64,000 bases of DNA from an uncultured Candidatus Babeliaceae bacterium (GCA_963704655.1 OY969927.1:736001-800000); one strand, 5' to 3'. Positions 9,593 through 19,851 are shown, counted from the stretch's first letter. The notes: generated from the sequence alone by a model not told the origin. Translations and numbers: made by a program.

Positions 9593-10875
9593 AATGTTGA
9601 CTCTACTGTTAATGAGATTCCAAAGGTTTTAGCGACTCTTTTTGTTATTAAAAATTGTACCGGGATATCGACTGCAAAGGTAATAATAGGCTTAAAGTTA
9701 CGCTCTTTGCTATCTTTTGCAAAATCATATAATGCTGCCACATTTACATACTCACTTGCCCATTGCGAACGTTTATTCATAAGTTCTATATTTGCGGGAG
9801 GCATGCCACAATTACGTAAATCACACCAATGATCCTCTTCATGGTAGACCAAAGTATACTGCGCTTGTAAACCAAAACCACTGCGAAGGCGCAATAATTG
9901 TCCATAAGGTGAGAATATCACCGTCACACCAGGATCAACTTTTGATGCACCAAAAAGAACGCCGTAATTATTTGGCTCGTTAAACTGGACCATGCGTCTG
10001 TTTGCGGTGCGTGCAAAGCGTTTGTTTATACGCAATAGCAGGCCAACACCCAAATTTTCTTTAAGTTCAAACTGCCCATCAAGCGATGCGAATATCCCCC
10101 AATGGCCATTGCCACCAAGTGGAATCGACGCAGGATTAAAATAATCAACAGATTGTGCAGTGGGGATAAGCACACCAAAATTAAAACCAAAGTCTAAATG
10201 GCGCAACTTATATTTATAATCATCCACTATACCCAAACGCAAATAGGCCTCAATATCACTAATGCCCACCGTAGTATATTCACGTGCACGTAAGCCCAAT
10301 ATATCTTGGATAAGATTATTTTCATCATACAAGTCAGTAAAATCTCCCGGCGTATAACTATTGAAATCAACTTTATTAGGTTGCAAATTAAGCCCAGTGG
10401 TAAGACGTGCCATGAAAAAATTGAAGCCCCAACTAAAATAACGTGTAATGGGTTGGTAAAAAGTAAAACCAAGACCTTGCCCACGAATAATACCTTCCAT
10501 GGACCATTTTAATGCCGAGCTTGCACCAATAAGATCTGATCTAAAGGTACTTTGGCTTGTGAGCCCTACATATTTTAATGCGTTATCTAAAGTAATCTGA
10601 TTATACACGCCGTTTATATTAAAAAGCGGAATATCACCTTCTGTAGCAAAGCCGCCCGGTTCTTGTTCACCAAACTCTTCAAAAAAAGATTGCTCGCCTA
10701 CCCATACAAATGGTTGAATCATAAGCTGACCATAGGCATCAGGCTTTTTTACCAATAATTTTTGTAGCTCAGGAAGATACTGATTGTCATATACCATCGC
10801 TTGCAACAAGAGGTGCGAAAAGCATACGATGACGGCTAGAACATAGCGAAAAAGTATAAAATATTTTTTTTCCAT
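9586..10875 (-). CDS. Exported protein, distant member of the 53.5/61.5/63.1-kb paralog family (putative outer-membrane beta-barrel)
   Basis: Start reset to MEKKYF (ATG 10875). Motifs GISDIE, GVLIPT, GGNGHWGI; ends in an aromatic residue. Confidence 0.7.
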   Translation of the reverse strand: MEKKYFILFRYVLAVIVCFSHLLLQAMVYDNQYLPELQKLLVKKPDAYGQLMIQPFVWVGEQSFFEEFGEQEPGGFATEGDIPLFNINGVYNQITLDNALKYVGLTSQSTFRSDLIGASSALKWSMEGIIRGQGLGFTFYQPITRYFSWGFNFFMARLTTGLNLQPNKVDFNSYTPGDFTDLYDENNLIQDILGLRAREYTTVGISDIEAYLRLGIVDDYKYKLRHLDFGFNFGVLIPTAQSVDYFNPASIPLGGNGHWGIFASLDGQFELKENLGVGLLLRINKRFARTANRRMVQFNEPNNYGVLFGASKVDPGVTVIFSPYGQLLRLRSGFGLQAQYTLVYHEEDHWCDLRNCGMPPANIELMNKRSQWASEYVNVAALYDFAKDSKERNFKPIITFAVDIPVQFLITKRVAKTFGISLTVESTLW

Positions 10876-10923
10876 TACCCTGTTTTTTCCTAGTAAAGTC
10901 TTGTTATGCCGCAAAATTTTCTT

Positions 10924-11043
10924 CGCTAATCCCTCGATCCAGCTTCCGACTACGCCGAGGCTTCGACGGACAGGCAGGATGCACTGAACTGGCCTGCCAT
11001 CTGTAGCTTGCCAAGCCGGAAGGCCTGGATAAGCGAAAGATGG
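10924..11043. repeat. Repeat cluster 3' of tRNA: family A copy interrupted by family B (10945-10974), plus a second family B copy (10993-11043)
   Basis: Reverse complement gtgcatcctg[cctgtccgtcgaagcctcggcgtagtcgga]agctggatcgagggattagcg; and cctgccatctgtagctt...aagcgaaagatgg. Confidence 0.85.
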
Positions 11044-11132
11044 AGGAGAGAGGGGGATTCGAACCCCCGATTCCTTGTAACAGGAATAACCGCTTTCGAG
11101 ACGGCCGCTTTCAACCACTCAGCCATCTCTCC
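11041..11132 (-). tRNA. tRNA-Ser(CGA)
   Basis: GGAGAGATGGCTGAGTGGTTGAAAGC, anticodon loop CT-CGA-AA, long variable arm, GGTTCGAATCC, encoded CCA. Confidence 0.96.
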
Positions 11133-11251
11133 ATTGCATCAAAACGCTGCATAACGTAATACACTCTAGAATACCCGATGTATTATTTTTTTAAAGTGAC
11201 GCCTGATTTTTTTCATGGTAATATCTAACAACCATAAAAAGGGGAAATCGC

Positions 11252-12769
11252 ATGAAACCCATATCTGTTCAGATGTATATCATAGTTTTTATAGGATTTT
11301 TTGGTATGAAAGAAAGTTTCTCAGCTCAACAAATAAATTTACCCAATACAAGCATACAGGCAGTTGTTCTTGCTGCAGGCAAATCAACCCGTTTTGCCAT
11401 GGGAAGTTCAAAGTTGGCATTCCCATTAAGTGGGCAACCAATGGTACTTTATCCTTTATCAATTCTTGAATCACTTTCAATCCCAACAATTGTCGTAACA
11501 GGCTATCAGCAAGAACTCATTAAACAGATTATTACCGAAAAAACAAAGTTAACTCCTCTTTTTGTTGAACAGACAATTCAAAAAGGTACTGGCCATGCAG
11601 TTGCATGCACTAAAGCGTCATGGCAAGCAGATCATATTCTCATTATCAACGGCGATATGCCCCTTATTACCACTGAACTTATTGCACAGTTGATACATGA
11701 ACACGTTGTTACTCATGCAACTATTTCGTTTGTTATCGCACCATGTAATGAACAGCCAAATGGTTATGGAAAAGTAATTCGTGCAGACAATAGCGTACAA
11801 ATTATCGAAGCACGGGATTTTAAAGGAACTGCACAAGAAGGCCGTTTTATTAATGCAGGCATTTATATAATAAACACAAATTTTTTAAGTGCTGAAATCG
11901 AAAAACTTGCACTTCATGAAAATTCACAAGAATGGTACGTCACCGATATTATAGCAGCAGCAAGTGATACAGGCCATCGTGTACATACCCTTGAAACAGA
12001 TTTTGACACTATTCGCGGCATTAACACCATCAGCGAATTAGCAACGGCAGAAAAAATTATTCGTGAACGTATCATTCATGAATGGATGAAAAAAGGCGTC
12101 TATTTTGAACAACCAGAGACAACCATTATTGAGCAATCGGTAACCATTGGGGTTGGCACGCGCATCGGCGCAGGCGTACATTTATTACAAAATACACGCA
12201 TAGGCGCTCGCTGCACCATTGGCAACTATAGCTCGATATCTAAGAGTATTTTGGCCGATCAAGTGACTGTTTTACCTCACTGTGTTATTACCGATTCAGA
12301 AATTTATGATCATGCAAGCGTTGGCCCATTTGCCCACTTACGTAATGTACACTCGCTTCACCAAAACGCCTGCATTGGCAACTTTGTTGAAGTAAGTAAT
12401 AGCACTATCGGCGCAGGCTCCAAGGCAAAACATCTTTCATATATCGGCAATGCAAACATTGCAGAGCAGGTCAACATCGGCGCTGGAACAATAACCTGCA
12501 ATTATGACGGCTTTCAAAAGCATGTCACTACCATAGAAAAAAATGTAAAAATCGGTAGCAACAATTCACTTGTTGCGCCCGTTACTATCGGTCATGATGC
12601 TATAACCGGCGCAGGCTCTGTGATAACCAGCGATGTACCACCCTTTGCACTTGGCATTGCACGTGCACACCAAGTTAATAAAGAGCATTATGCACAACGC
12701 CTTAACGAATCACGATCATTTCTTGGTGCAATAAAAGCAGATACACCACAGTCGCACAATGAAAAATAA
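11252..12769 (+). CDS. glmU: Bifunctional UDP-GlcNAc pyrophosphorylase / GlcN-1-P acetyltransferase
   Basis: VLAAGKSTR, GTGHAV, GDMP, hexapeptide repeats, HLSYIG, GAGTITCNYDG. Start uncertain. Confidence 0.96.
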   Translation: MKPISVQMYIIVFIGFFGMKESFSAQQINLPNTSIQAVVLAAGKSTRFAMGSSKLAFPLSGQPMVLYPLSILESLSIPTIVVTGYQQELIKQIITEKTKLTPLFVEQTIQKGTGHAVACTKASWQADHILIINGDMPLITTELIAQLIHEHVVTHATISFVIAPCNEQPNGYGKVIRADNSVQIIEARDFKGTAQEGRFINAGIYIINTNFLSAEIEKLALHENSQEWYVTDIIAAASDTGHRVHTLETDFDTIRGINTISELATAEKIIRERIIHEWMKKGVYFEQPETTIIEQSVTIGVGTRIGAGVHLLQNTRIGARCTIGNYSSISKSILADQVTVLPHCVITDSEIYDHASVGPFAHLRNVHSLHQNACIGNFVEVSNSTIGAGSKAKHLSYIGNANIAEQVNIGAGTITCNYDGFQKHVTTIEKNVKIGSNNSLVAPVTIGHDAITGAGSVITSDVPPFALGIARAHQVNKEHYAQRLNESRSFLGAIKADTPQSHNEK

Positions 12770-12794
12770 AATTGTCTTTATACACACAACTTAC

Positions 12795-12830
12795 GGCCGC
12801 TCATCCTGAGCTCGTCGAAGGGTTAAGCGG
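12795..12830 (+). repeat. Family A single copy, intergenic
   Basis: ggccgctcatcctgagctcgtcgaagggttaagcgg. Confidence 0.92.
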
Positions 12831-12834
12831 CATT

Positions 12835-14070
12835 ATGATAAAATTCATTCACACAGCAGATATCCATTTCGGGATGGAAAATTATGGCAAGATCGACCCA
12901 AAAACGGGTATCCATTCACGCCTAATCGATTTTCAAAAAGCATTGCATGAATGCATCGACCGAGCGATAGCTGAAGATGTAGATTTTTTTATGTTTTCTG
13001 GTGATGCCTACAAAACACCAAACCCGTCACCAACGCATCAGAGGCTTTTGAGCGAATGCTTTTTTAGATTATTTAAGCATAATATTCCTATCGTTATGGT
13101 AATAGGCAATCACGACCATCCACTGACATTTGGTAAATCACACGCACTTGAAATATTTGGGCAACTGCCACTTGAAGGGTTTCATGTTATCAGCAAGCCA
13201 GAAAATATTTTACTGCAAACAAAAAATGGGCCCGTTCAGATTACGGGCATTCCGTGGCCGACGCGCGCACAAGTGAGTTTATCACATGAGCACCAAAGCA
13301 GAACAGCAGCACAACTTACTGAACTTATCAGCAATGGCATTGCAGATATTATAAGAAACTGCGCAGAGAAACTTAATCCAGAAATTCCAGCAATTTTAGC
13401 CGGACATTTAACCGTCAGCTCAGGGATATTTTCAGGGTCTGAAAAGCGTGCCGTATATGGCAATGACCCTGTTTTATTACCGTCACAACTTGCGATAGAA
13501 CCCTATGAATATGTTGCATTGGGCCATTTACACCGGTACCAAAATTTAAACCCAAATGCGCATCCGGCAATTGTTTATTCTGGCTCTATAGAGCGCATAG
13601 ATTTTGGTGAACGCAAAGAAGAAAAAGGGTTTTGCTTAGTAACTATTCATGAAAAAAATAATACAACACATGAATTTATCAAAGTCACTACGCGCCCATT
13701 TATACAAATCGAAATCACCCTTAACGATGACTCAAGTCACACAGAACAGATATTGGCTGAGCTGCGTAAACACCCTATTGCCAATACTGTGCTTAAGATC
13801 GTCTACACACTTCCAGCACATATTAAAGACCGTGTTGATGCACATGTCATTCATAATGCCTGTGAATCTGCACATTATATTGTAGGCATATTCCCGATTC
13901 GCCCTATAATAATTAAAGAATCACGCGCTGCACTTAAAGTTGATATGAATCTGCAAGAGCTTATGCAAAGTTACTGTTCAACAAAGCCTGAATATGCGCC
14001 GCTACAAGACGATATGATCAAAAAAGCACTTGAACTTGCCCATGAGCTTGAACAAGAAGAACATAATTAA
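12835..14070 (+). CDS. sbcD: SbcD/Mre11 nuclease subunit
   Basis: IHTADIHFG, SGD, GNHD, ALGHLH, YSGS. Start at ATG 12835, after the repeat. Confidence 0.93.
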   Translation: MIKFIHTADIHFGMENYGKIDPKTGIHSRLIDFQKALHECIDRAIAEDVDFFMFSGDAYKTPNPSPTHQRLLSECFFRLFKHNIPIVMVIGNHDHPLTFGKSHALEIFGQLPLEGFHVISKPENILLQTKNGPVQITGIPWPTRAQVSLSHEHQSRTAAQLTELISNGIADIIRNCAEKLNPEIPAILAGHLTVSSGIFSGSEKRAVYGNDPVLLPSQLAIEPYEYVALGHLHRYQNLNPNAHPAIVYSGSIERIDFGERKEEKGFCLVTIHEKNNTTHEFIKVTTRPFIQIEITLNDDSSHTEQILAELRKHPIANTVLKIVYTLPAHIKDRVDAHVIHNACESAHYIVGIFPIRPIIIKESRAALKVDMNLQELMQSYCSTKPEYAPLQDDMIKKALELAHELEQEEHN

Positions 14071-14094
14071 ATATGTTCATTAAGCCGATTATCT

Positions 14095-14616
14095 TTAAAC
14101 CAAATCAGGAGCGTTTTGTTGACGACCCTCTAGATATTCTTCAAGAGAACCACCCAAAATCTGGAACCCCAAAAGTGCGCCACCCTTCAATAACATCATC
14201 GAAGCCTTGGCCGCATCTTCTGGCGAGGATATTCCGATAATCCCATTTGCCATGTGAGAAGTTAAGATTCCCCATTCAAGCCCTGCTAAAAAATAGATAT
14301 TAAAGAGTTTATCGTTTTTATACTGTAGTCTTGCAGGTGTTCCGAAGCGCTCACGCCAGTACTTATCTTTTATTGAGAAAGCCAAACACACTGCAAGAGG
14401 CGTAATAACTACCGAAGATGCTGGTGATTCGCCCCTTTCAACTCTTGTACAACCAAATGCAGCGCTTCCACATGCAATACCCCATGATAATCCGTACCCT
14501 TTAATCGACTCCATTTTTGAATTGACTCTATCTATTTCTGCGATTTCTGCACAAAAAGCTTGCATTGTGACATGAGCGATAATAATGAGCACTAAAGATT
14601 TTAAACATATTTTCAT
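14095..14616 (-). CDS. Hypothetical exported/membrane protein
   Basis: 173-aa ORF with signal peptide. Confidence 0.65.
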   Translation of the reverse strand: MKICLKSLVLIIIAHVTMQAFCAEIAEIDRVNSKMESIKGYGLSWGIACGSAAFGCTRVERGESPASSVVITPLAVCLAFSIKDKYWRERFGTPARLQYKNDKLFNIYFLAGLEWGILTSHMANGIIGISSPEDAAKASMMLLKGGALLGFQILGGSLEEYLEGRQQNAPDLV

Positions 14617-14713
14617 GCGATAAACCTATAATTTAATATAAAAAAACTTACATTAAATTATATCTTTAATGTACGCCATGGCAAGGTAACAACAAAAACA
14701 TTCTAGATCTAAT

Positions 14714-15481
14714 TTACTCGCAAGCATTAACAGGCAACTGTAATTTTTTATCTTTCAGTGATAAACAAATAGATCGTTTTTTATTAAAATCATCATCATT
14801 TCCGATAAGAAGACTTGGAAGCAATACCATCAAGGTGGGAGCTTTTATCACAAAAGCTGAAAGAAGATCATCGCTATTTACTCGACCGGAAGAAGCAGCC
14901 GTTTTAAGTGCAAAATGTGTTAGAGCCGATAACCCAACACCTACGCAAAATGACGAAGTTAAGAAACTATTTCTTTTAGGCAAATCGTCAAGAACAATAT
15001 TTTGCGCACTAAGTTTTTCTCTTAATGAACGCTCTAGTTGTTGTAATTGTATATACTTATTTTTTTGATCAACCATGCACTTTCGTAACTGCAATGTAAT
15101 AAAAATTGCAGAAGCCAGATCTCTAACCGTATCGGCATCCAAAAGATCAGCCCTGTCTTTTACTGCTACATATTTAAATAAAATCGGCACCCACACCCCA
15201 AAAGTAGCGCCATGAAGAACCATCTTATTCACACCAATTTCACGCCGCTCTAAAGCAATTGTGTGGCATGCACGAATATCACGTTCTTGTTCTTCATTAA
15301 GATCCTGCATCGCGTTTTGTTTTCTTTCAAAAAGAACTTTATTTTCAAAAGCACTATTCACCAGCCTATTATATTCAAGAATCTTACATTCTCTTACAGC
15401 CACTTGGTTATCTTTATTAAGAGCAGATAGAGCTACGGTAAGGCAAAGAGCTAATGATAGTATAAATACTTTACTTTTCAT
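14714..15481 (-). CDS. Hypothetical exported/membrane protein
   Basis: 255-aa ORF with signal peptide, coiled coil and hydrophobic pairs. Confidence 0.65.
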   Translation of the reverse strand: MKSKVFILSLALCLTVALSALNKDNQVAVRECKILEYNRLVNSAFENKVLFERKQNAMQDLNEEQERDIRACHTIALERREIGVNKMVLHGATFGVWVPILFKYVAVKDRADLLDADTVRDLASAIFITLQLRKCMVDQKNKYIQLQQLERSLREKLSAQNIVLDDLPKRNSFLTSSFCVGVGLSALTHFALKTAASSGRVNSDDLLSAFVIKAPTLMVLLPSLLIGNDDDFNKKRSICLSLKDKKLQLPVNACE

Positions 15482-15499
15482 AAGGGTCCCTAATATGTG

Positions 15500-15799
15500 T
15501 TATTTTTGTTTTTTTCGTTGTAAAGATAATCTTCTATTATCAAGATTTTTTTGATAGAGCGCTAAAACCACCCCTGAAATAGCACTCAAACTAAATGATA
15601 TGATTGCAACATCATCAAAACCGATATTATACGTTCGCAGCGCTCCAACAGCAAGCGTTGCAGCTGAAAATGCTAAGCCTACTCTGGCTCTTTTTACTTG
15701 ACGGTCTATATCATGATAGCTTGAATCAAACCCATAGATTGAAACTGAAAAGAGTACTAATAGGTACAGCAGCAATCTATTTTTCACTATAAAACCCAA
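15500..15799 (-). CDS. Small hypothetical membrane protein
   Basis: Signal peptide plus two TM segments and a basic tail; start uncertain. Confidence 0.6.
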   Translation of the reverse strand: MGFIVKNRLLLYLLVLFSVSIYGFDSSYHDIDRQVKRARVGLAFSAATLAVGALRTYNIGFDDVAIISFSLSAISGVVLALYQKNLDNRRLSLQRKKQK

Positions 15800-15860
15800 A
15801 TAATAAAACTTTTTTTACACCATAATAGTATAATTAAGTTTAAGGATTCTTCAAAACAGT

Positions 15861-16739
15861 TCAAATCATTTCATTTGATTCAAGCACTTTTGCATCTTCT
15901 GGATGTGTAAAACGAATAGTAGCCTGCGATAATAAGAGTGAGTAATAGGCTTCAAAGACCTCTTTAAGGCGTTCTTGGCGCATTTTTGTTACTATCTCCA
16001 TATAACAGTCATCAAACGGCATAACTTGCGCAGGTGTTTTTTTGATCAAACGAGTGATCTCAAAACCACCATCAATGGCTTCAGTAAAGACGATATCACG
16101 CTCTTTATGAGTTGTAAGCGCTTTGCGGTCATCTGCAATTTCAGACTCTTTAAGCTCAAATGGCTCATCAAACTGTACATCTTTATCAAGATTAATAGTT
16201 TTAAGATACTCAGAAAGTTTTTTATTACCTAACTGTTCCTGAGAAATAAAAGCGGTAGCAATAGTATACGTAGCTTCAACTTGAGGTGGATTTTCTTTAT
16301 AACGCTCTTCTGCCTGTGCTCGAGAAACGATCATACGCTTGTCTGATTTCACACGAAATTCAACTACTTGCTCAATCATTTGGCGGGCACGTAGATATTC
16401 AAGAGCCTCTGCATAGGTGTAACCGGCTTCTCTAAAAAGATCTTCTACCGCTTTACGTGAGAGCCTGTTCTGTTTTTGAATATTTTCAATATACTTTTCA
16501 GCTTCTTGCTGCGTGACAATAATTTTATGATATAACGCATCAAGCTGCATCAGTTTATTTAAAATCACTTCACGCAATGTTTGCATGTGCCCATCAAGAG
16601 CTGGACGAATATCAGAGGCTAAAATAGCAACGGTTCCCATTTCATGATAAATAATTACCACAATTTCGTTAACCAGTTGCATACGCGCTGGCAGCGAGAA
16701 TGCTATAAAACATGCAAAAAACTTGAGAAATTTATTCAT
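15861..16739 (-). CDS. SurA N-terminal-domain chaperone-like protein
   Basis: Signal peptide; VNEIVVII..., IENIQKQNRLS...L...GYT pattern. Confidence 0.7.
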   Translation of the reverse strand: MNKFLKFFACFIAFSLPARMQLVNEIVVIIYHEMGTVAILASDIRPALDGHMQTLREVILNKLMQLDALYHKIIVTQQEAEKYIENIQKQNRLSRKAVEDLFREAGYTYAEALEYLRARQMIEQVVEFRVKSDKRMIVSRAQAEERYKENPPQVEATYTIATAFISQEQLGNKKLSEYLKTINLDKDVQFDEPFELKESEIADDRKALTTHKERDIVFTEAIDGGFEITRLIKKTPAQVMPFDDCYMEIVTKMRQERLKEVFEAYYSLLLSQATIRFTHPEDAKVLESNEMI

Positions 16740-16761
16740 ACAACTACAGCCCTGAGTATAT

Positions 16762-16798
16762 AAAAAAAAGCGGGAACATATTAATAATATGTTCCCGC
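16762..16798 (-). terminator. Intrinsic terminator
   Basis: gcgggaacatatt-aat-aatatgttcccgc followed by a T-run on the minus strand. Confidence 0.75.
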
Positions 16799-16839
16799 AT
16801 AGTATACGTTACTTAGCGCTTGTTTTCAAGTACGGCCGC

Positions 16840-16921
16840 TCCCTCGATACATTCTACTTCGTAGAACACTCGGGATGCACGGATTATGGCCGCTCATCCT
16901 GAGCATGTCGAAGGGTTAGCG
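16840..16921. repeat. Family A inverted doublet, intergenic
   Basis: tccctcgatacattctacttcgtagaacactcgggatgcacgg + ggccgctcatcctgagcatgtcgaagggttagcg. Confidence 0.92.
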
Positions 16922-16940
16922 AGAACTAATTACCCTTGAA

Positions 16941-17984
16941 CTACGCTTTAAGTTGTTTTGGCGCAACAACTGCTTCTTGCACAGGCATTTCTTGCGCAGG
17001 TGCTGACTGAACGTCACTTTTTACCAGTTGCATAATGTTATCGCGATGAACAACTGCACCGTATTTCTGTTTTAATTCATCCATAGTTTTGGTAACTGCT
17101 TTTCCAAGCTCATTACGAATTAAGAATGATTTAACGGCTTGCTGAACTTCTGGATCACTATATGGTTTGAAGGTATCTTTTTGGATTGCAGTTGCTTTAA
17201 TAACCGCAAACTTACCGTTAGCAAGTTTTACTACTTCAACATGTGGTACCGAAGTATAACCCATTACTTTGCTGCGAATATGTTCGTCAACTTCCATAGA
17301 ACGTGGGCTTACTAAACCTAAATCTTTAACTTTACGTTGACCATCTTTTGCAACTTTTGCAAAATCCTGTTTTTGTGCACTTGCTGCAAGTGATTTTGCT
17401 TCAGATTCTTTTCCAGCTTCGATCATCTGAACAGAAACACCGCCAACTTTATCAATAAACGGTGCACGTTTAAAGATTGCTACACGGTCACGATTTTCTT
17501 CGTAATATTTCTGAGCAACTGCATCGGTAACTTCTTGCTCAATTTTTTTGTATAAATCAGACTGGAAGATACTGTTTTTAAGTTGAGTTTCAACCGCTTC
17601 ATGTGCTTGTTTTGCAGCCATTTTATATTCTTCAGATTCTAAAAGGCCTGCATCTTTAACGTAGTGGCTCACTAATAACTCAGCAAGCATTGCATCAGCA
17701 AACTGGTCATAGAACGCCTGTTGTTGGTCTGCTGGAAGCCCTGAAAGTGCTTGTTGAATATCAGGACGCGCCATACAAAGTTGGCTAAATTTATTTTCAA
17801 AATCACGTTGTGTTAATGCTGGTTTACCATCAAGCGAGATACAACACGGTGAACCATCGGTGCCATGATCGTGCCCACTTGTGCATGTTGTGCATGAGTG
17901 TGAAAACCATGATTTCCAATCACATGCTGGGAGCATCATCAATGCACTTACCAGAAAAACTATACTTAAAAATCTTTTTGTCAT
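16941..17984 (-). CDS. PrsA/PpiC-like foldase lipoprotein
   Basis: Lipobox LPAC, KYYEEN, FAKVAK...DLG pattern; His/Cys-rich N-terminal linker. Confidence 0.7.
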   Translation of the reverse strand: MTKRFLSIVFLVSALMMLPACDWKSWFSHSCTTCTSGHDHGTDGSPCCISLDGKPALTQRDFENKFSQLCMARPDIQQALSGLPADQQQAFYDQFADAMLAELLVSHYVKDAGLLESEEYKMAAKQAHEAVETQLKNSIFQSDLYKKIEQEVTDAVAQKYYEENRDRVAIFKRAPFIDKVGGVSVQMIEAGKESEAKSLAASAQKQDFAKVAKDGQRKVKDLGLVSPRSMEVDEHIRSKVMGYTSVPHVEVVKLANGKFAVIKATAIQKDTFKPYSDPEVQQAVKSFLIRNELGKAVTKTMDELKQKYGAVVHRDNIMQLVKSDVQSAPAQEMPVQEAVVAPKQLKA

Positions 17985-18006
17985 ACTTGTCCTTTAAATT
18001 TTAAGG

Positions 18007-18065
18007 CCTGCCCGCCATAGCCTTTTATATTAACAACTTAAGAATAAATGCGAGGCGACGGCTGG
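18007..18065 (+). repeat. Family B copy with expanded AT-rich loop
   Basis: cctgcccgccatagcct...aggcgacggctgg. Confidence 0.7.
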
Positions 18066-18244
18066 GTTATATTACCAATTGCCACTGTGTAGGTTACCAT
18101 AGGGAATAAATATTTACAAAAAAATGCTCTTTATAAACTCAATCTCATTTTTCTTGAAATTTTCTTATAAATAAGATTATTTTATTAAAAACCTGTATTA
18201 AGAATCTTCAGCATATCTTACGGCAGCGGCCATGAAAGAATTTT

Positions 18245-19201
18245 ATGAAAAAAAACAAATTTATAGTTAAACAGCTATTTTACTCAACTCTCCTTTTTAT
18301 CCCATTTTCTTGCTCATATAGTCTTTTTGAAGGCGCTCTAGAAGATAAAAATGCTCAAGGGTATGTAGCCATCAAATTTGCATCAGCGGAATGGGGCGAT
18401 CCCAAGCAATATGAAAATGCTGTGTGGCAAAATGTAACTATTCCAACAGAAGTACTTAAAGAAGCATACAACGTACCATTAAATGGATATAGTAAAGTAA
18501 AAATTACTTTACCAAAAAGCACATCTAACCCCACTGGAGAATATTCAGTTCAATACATGACAACGCTTGAAAAACCAAAGGCTGCCTATATGAGTCATTC
18601 TGAGGGGTTAACAACCATTGTGCAAAAAGGTTGGATGAGCGATACAAAATTATACTTTTCAACTCTATTTTTTGATACAAAAAAAGATTTCGATGAGTTC
18701 TTTCAAAATTTAATAAACAAAACTAAAAAAGATCCTACAAAATATATCGCAGTAAAACCGGCTGATGCTCAGTGGGGCGACGAAATAAAAAATGAAAATG
18801 AAATATTAAGTATGGAGATACAAAGACAAATATTGGAATCTGCGTACAAAGTAAAATACAGTGGTTTTTCGCATCATAGAGAAGAATCTCCAAGAGGTTG
18901 GTTAGGCCAGCCTTCAAAAAAATCAACAATACTCGTCCTGGAGACCCTCGAAACACCTAAAACTACCAACATATTTGATCCATATGCCGAAATAGAAACA
19001 ACTATTTTCATTAATAATAAAGAACTAAAATACACAACTCGCTTTTTCGATAATTATCAAGATTTACAGCAGTTTTATAAAAACCCTCCAAAAGAAACTC
19101 AAAAGAAAGAAAGTGTAGATATTAAAGCTTTAACAAAGTTGTTCAACGATTTCACAAAAAACATAAGTGTTCTTTATATACAAACACGTTATTTAAAATA
19201 A
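18245..19201 (+). CDS. Hypothetical exported protein with two tandem ~125-aa repeats
   Basis: YVAIKFASAEWGD / YIAVKPADAQWGD and TLEKPK / TLETPK. Confidence 0.75.
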   Translation: MKKNKFIVKQLFYSTLLFIPFSCSYSLFEGALEDKNAQGYVAIKFASAEWGDPKQYENAVWQNVTIPTEVLKEAYNVPLNGYSKVKITLPKSTSNPTGEYSVQYMTTLEKPKAAYMSHSEGLTTIVQKGWMSDTKLYFSTLFFDTKKDFDEFFQNLINKTKKDPTKYIAVKPADAQWGDEIKNENEILSMEIQRQILESAYKVKYSGFSHHREESPRGWLGQPSKKSTILVLETLETPKTTNIFDPYAEIETTIFINNKELKYTTRFFDNYQDLQQFYKNPPKETQKKESVDIKALTKLFNDFTKNISVLYIQTRYLK

Positions 19202-19840
19202 CTAATTGGTAACCTTGCAGACTACTAAAAGTTCAACTGAAGCGGCACCGTTTTTATATAATTCGCGCGCGGCGGCGGCTGCCGTTGCGCCCGTTGTATA
19301 TAAATCGTCAATTAAGAGTATTTTTTTATTATGTAAAGAAAAAGCACACGTAAATGCATCTTGAAGATTCTCTTTTCGCTCGGGCGCAGAGAGTGTTGAT
19401 TGAAAAGCCGTATTTTTGGTTCGTTTTAAAAGTGGCATTACCGGTTTATGCAAAACCCGTGCAATTTTTTGGGCTAATATTTCTGCTTGATTAAATCCAC
19501 GCCAGATTTTCCGTTGCCAATGCAGTGGAATCGGCACAATATAATCACAGGATAATGTTTGATTTTTAACATACTCAGAAAGCAAAAAAGCCATTTGGTC
19601 TATCGGTATCCGCTGGCTATTTAATTTTGCCTGAATTAACTTTTCCATAGGCTTTTGATACGCCGTAAAGGCATGTACGGTTATGTGGCGTGATGCTGTT
19701 ATAGAAATAGTTTGTGAAAATATTTTTGGTAATGCATCTAAACATTCAGTGCACAACACCGTGTGATGTGATAATAATAGTTCACACCCTACGCAATAGG
19801 GCGGGGATAGTATGTTTTTAAAAATGGTGAGTATGCGCAT
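19202..19840 (-). CDS. comF: ComF-family phosphoribosyltransferase
   Basis: CxxC..CxxC, VPIPLH, RGFNQA, LIDDLYTTGAT. Confidence 0.93.
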   Translation of the reverse strand: MRILTIFKNILSPPYCVGCELLLSHHTVLCTECLDALPKIFSQTISITASRHITVHAFTAYQKPMEKLIQAKLNSQRIPIDQMAFLLSEYVKNQTLSCDYIVPIPLHWQRKIWRGFNQAEILAQKIARVLHKPVMPLLKRTKNTAFQSTLSAPERKENLQDAFTCAFSLHNKKILLIDDLYTTGATAAAAARELYKNGAASVELLVVCKVTN

Positions 19841-19851
19841 GTGCCGGTATA

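Noticed and set aside
10876-11118. N-terminal 81 aa of ORF 9586..11118
   Set aside because: It overlaps tRNA-Ser and the repeat cluster; the signal peptide begins at ATG 10875.
11041-11132. tRNA-Sec because of the long variable arm
   Set aside because: The anticodon is CGA and the acceptor stem is a normal 7 bp, so it is tRNA-Ser.
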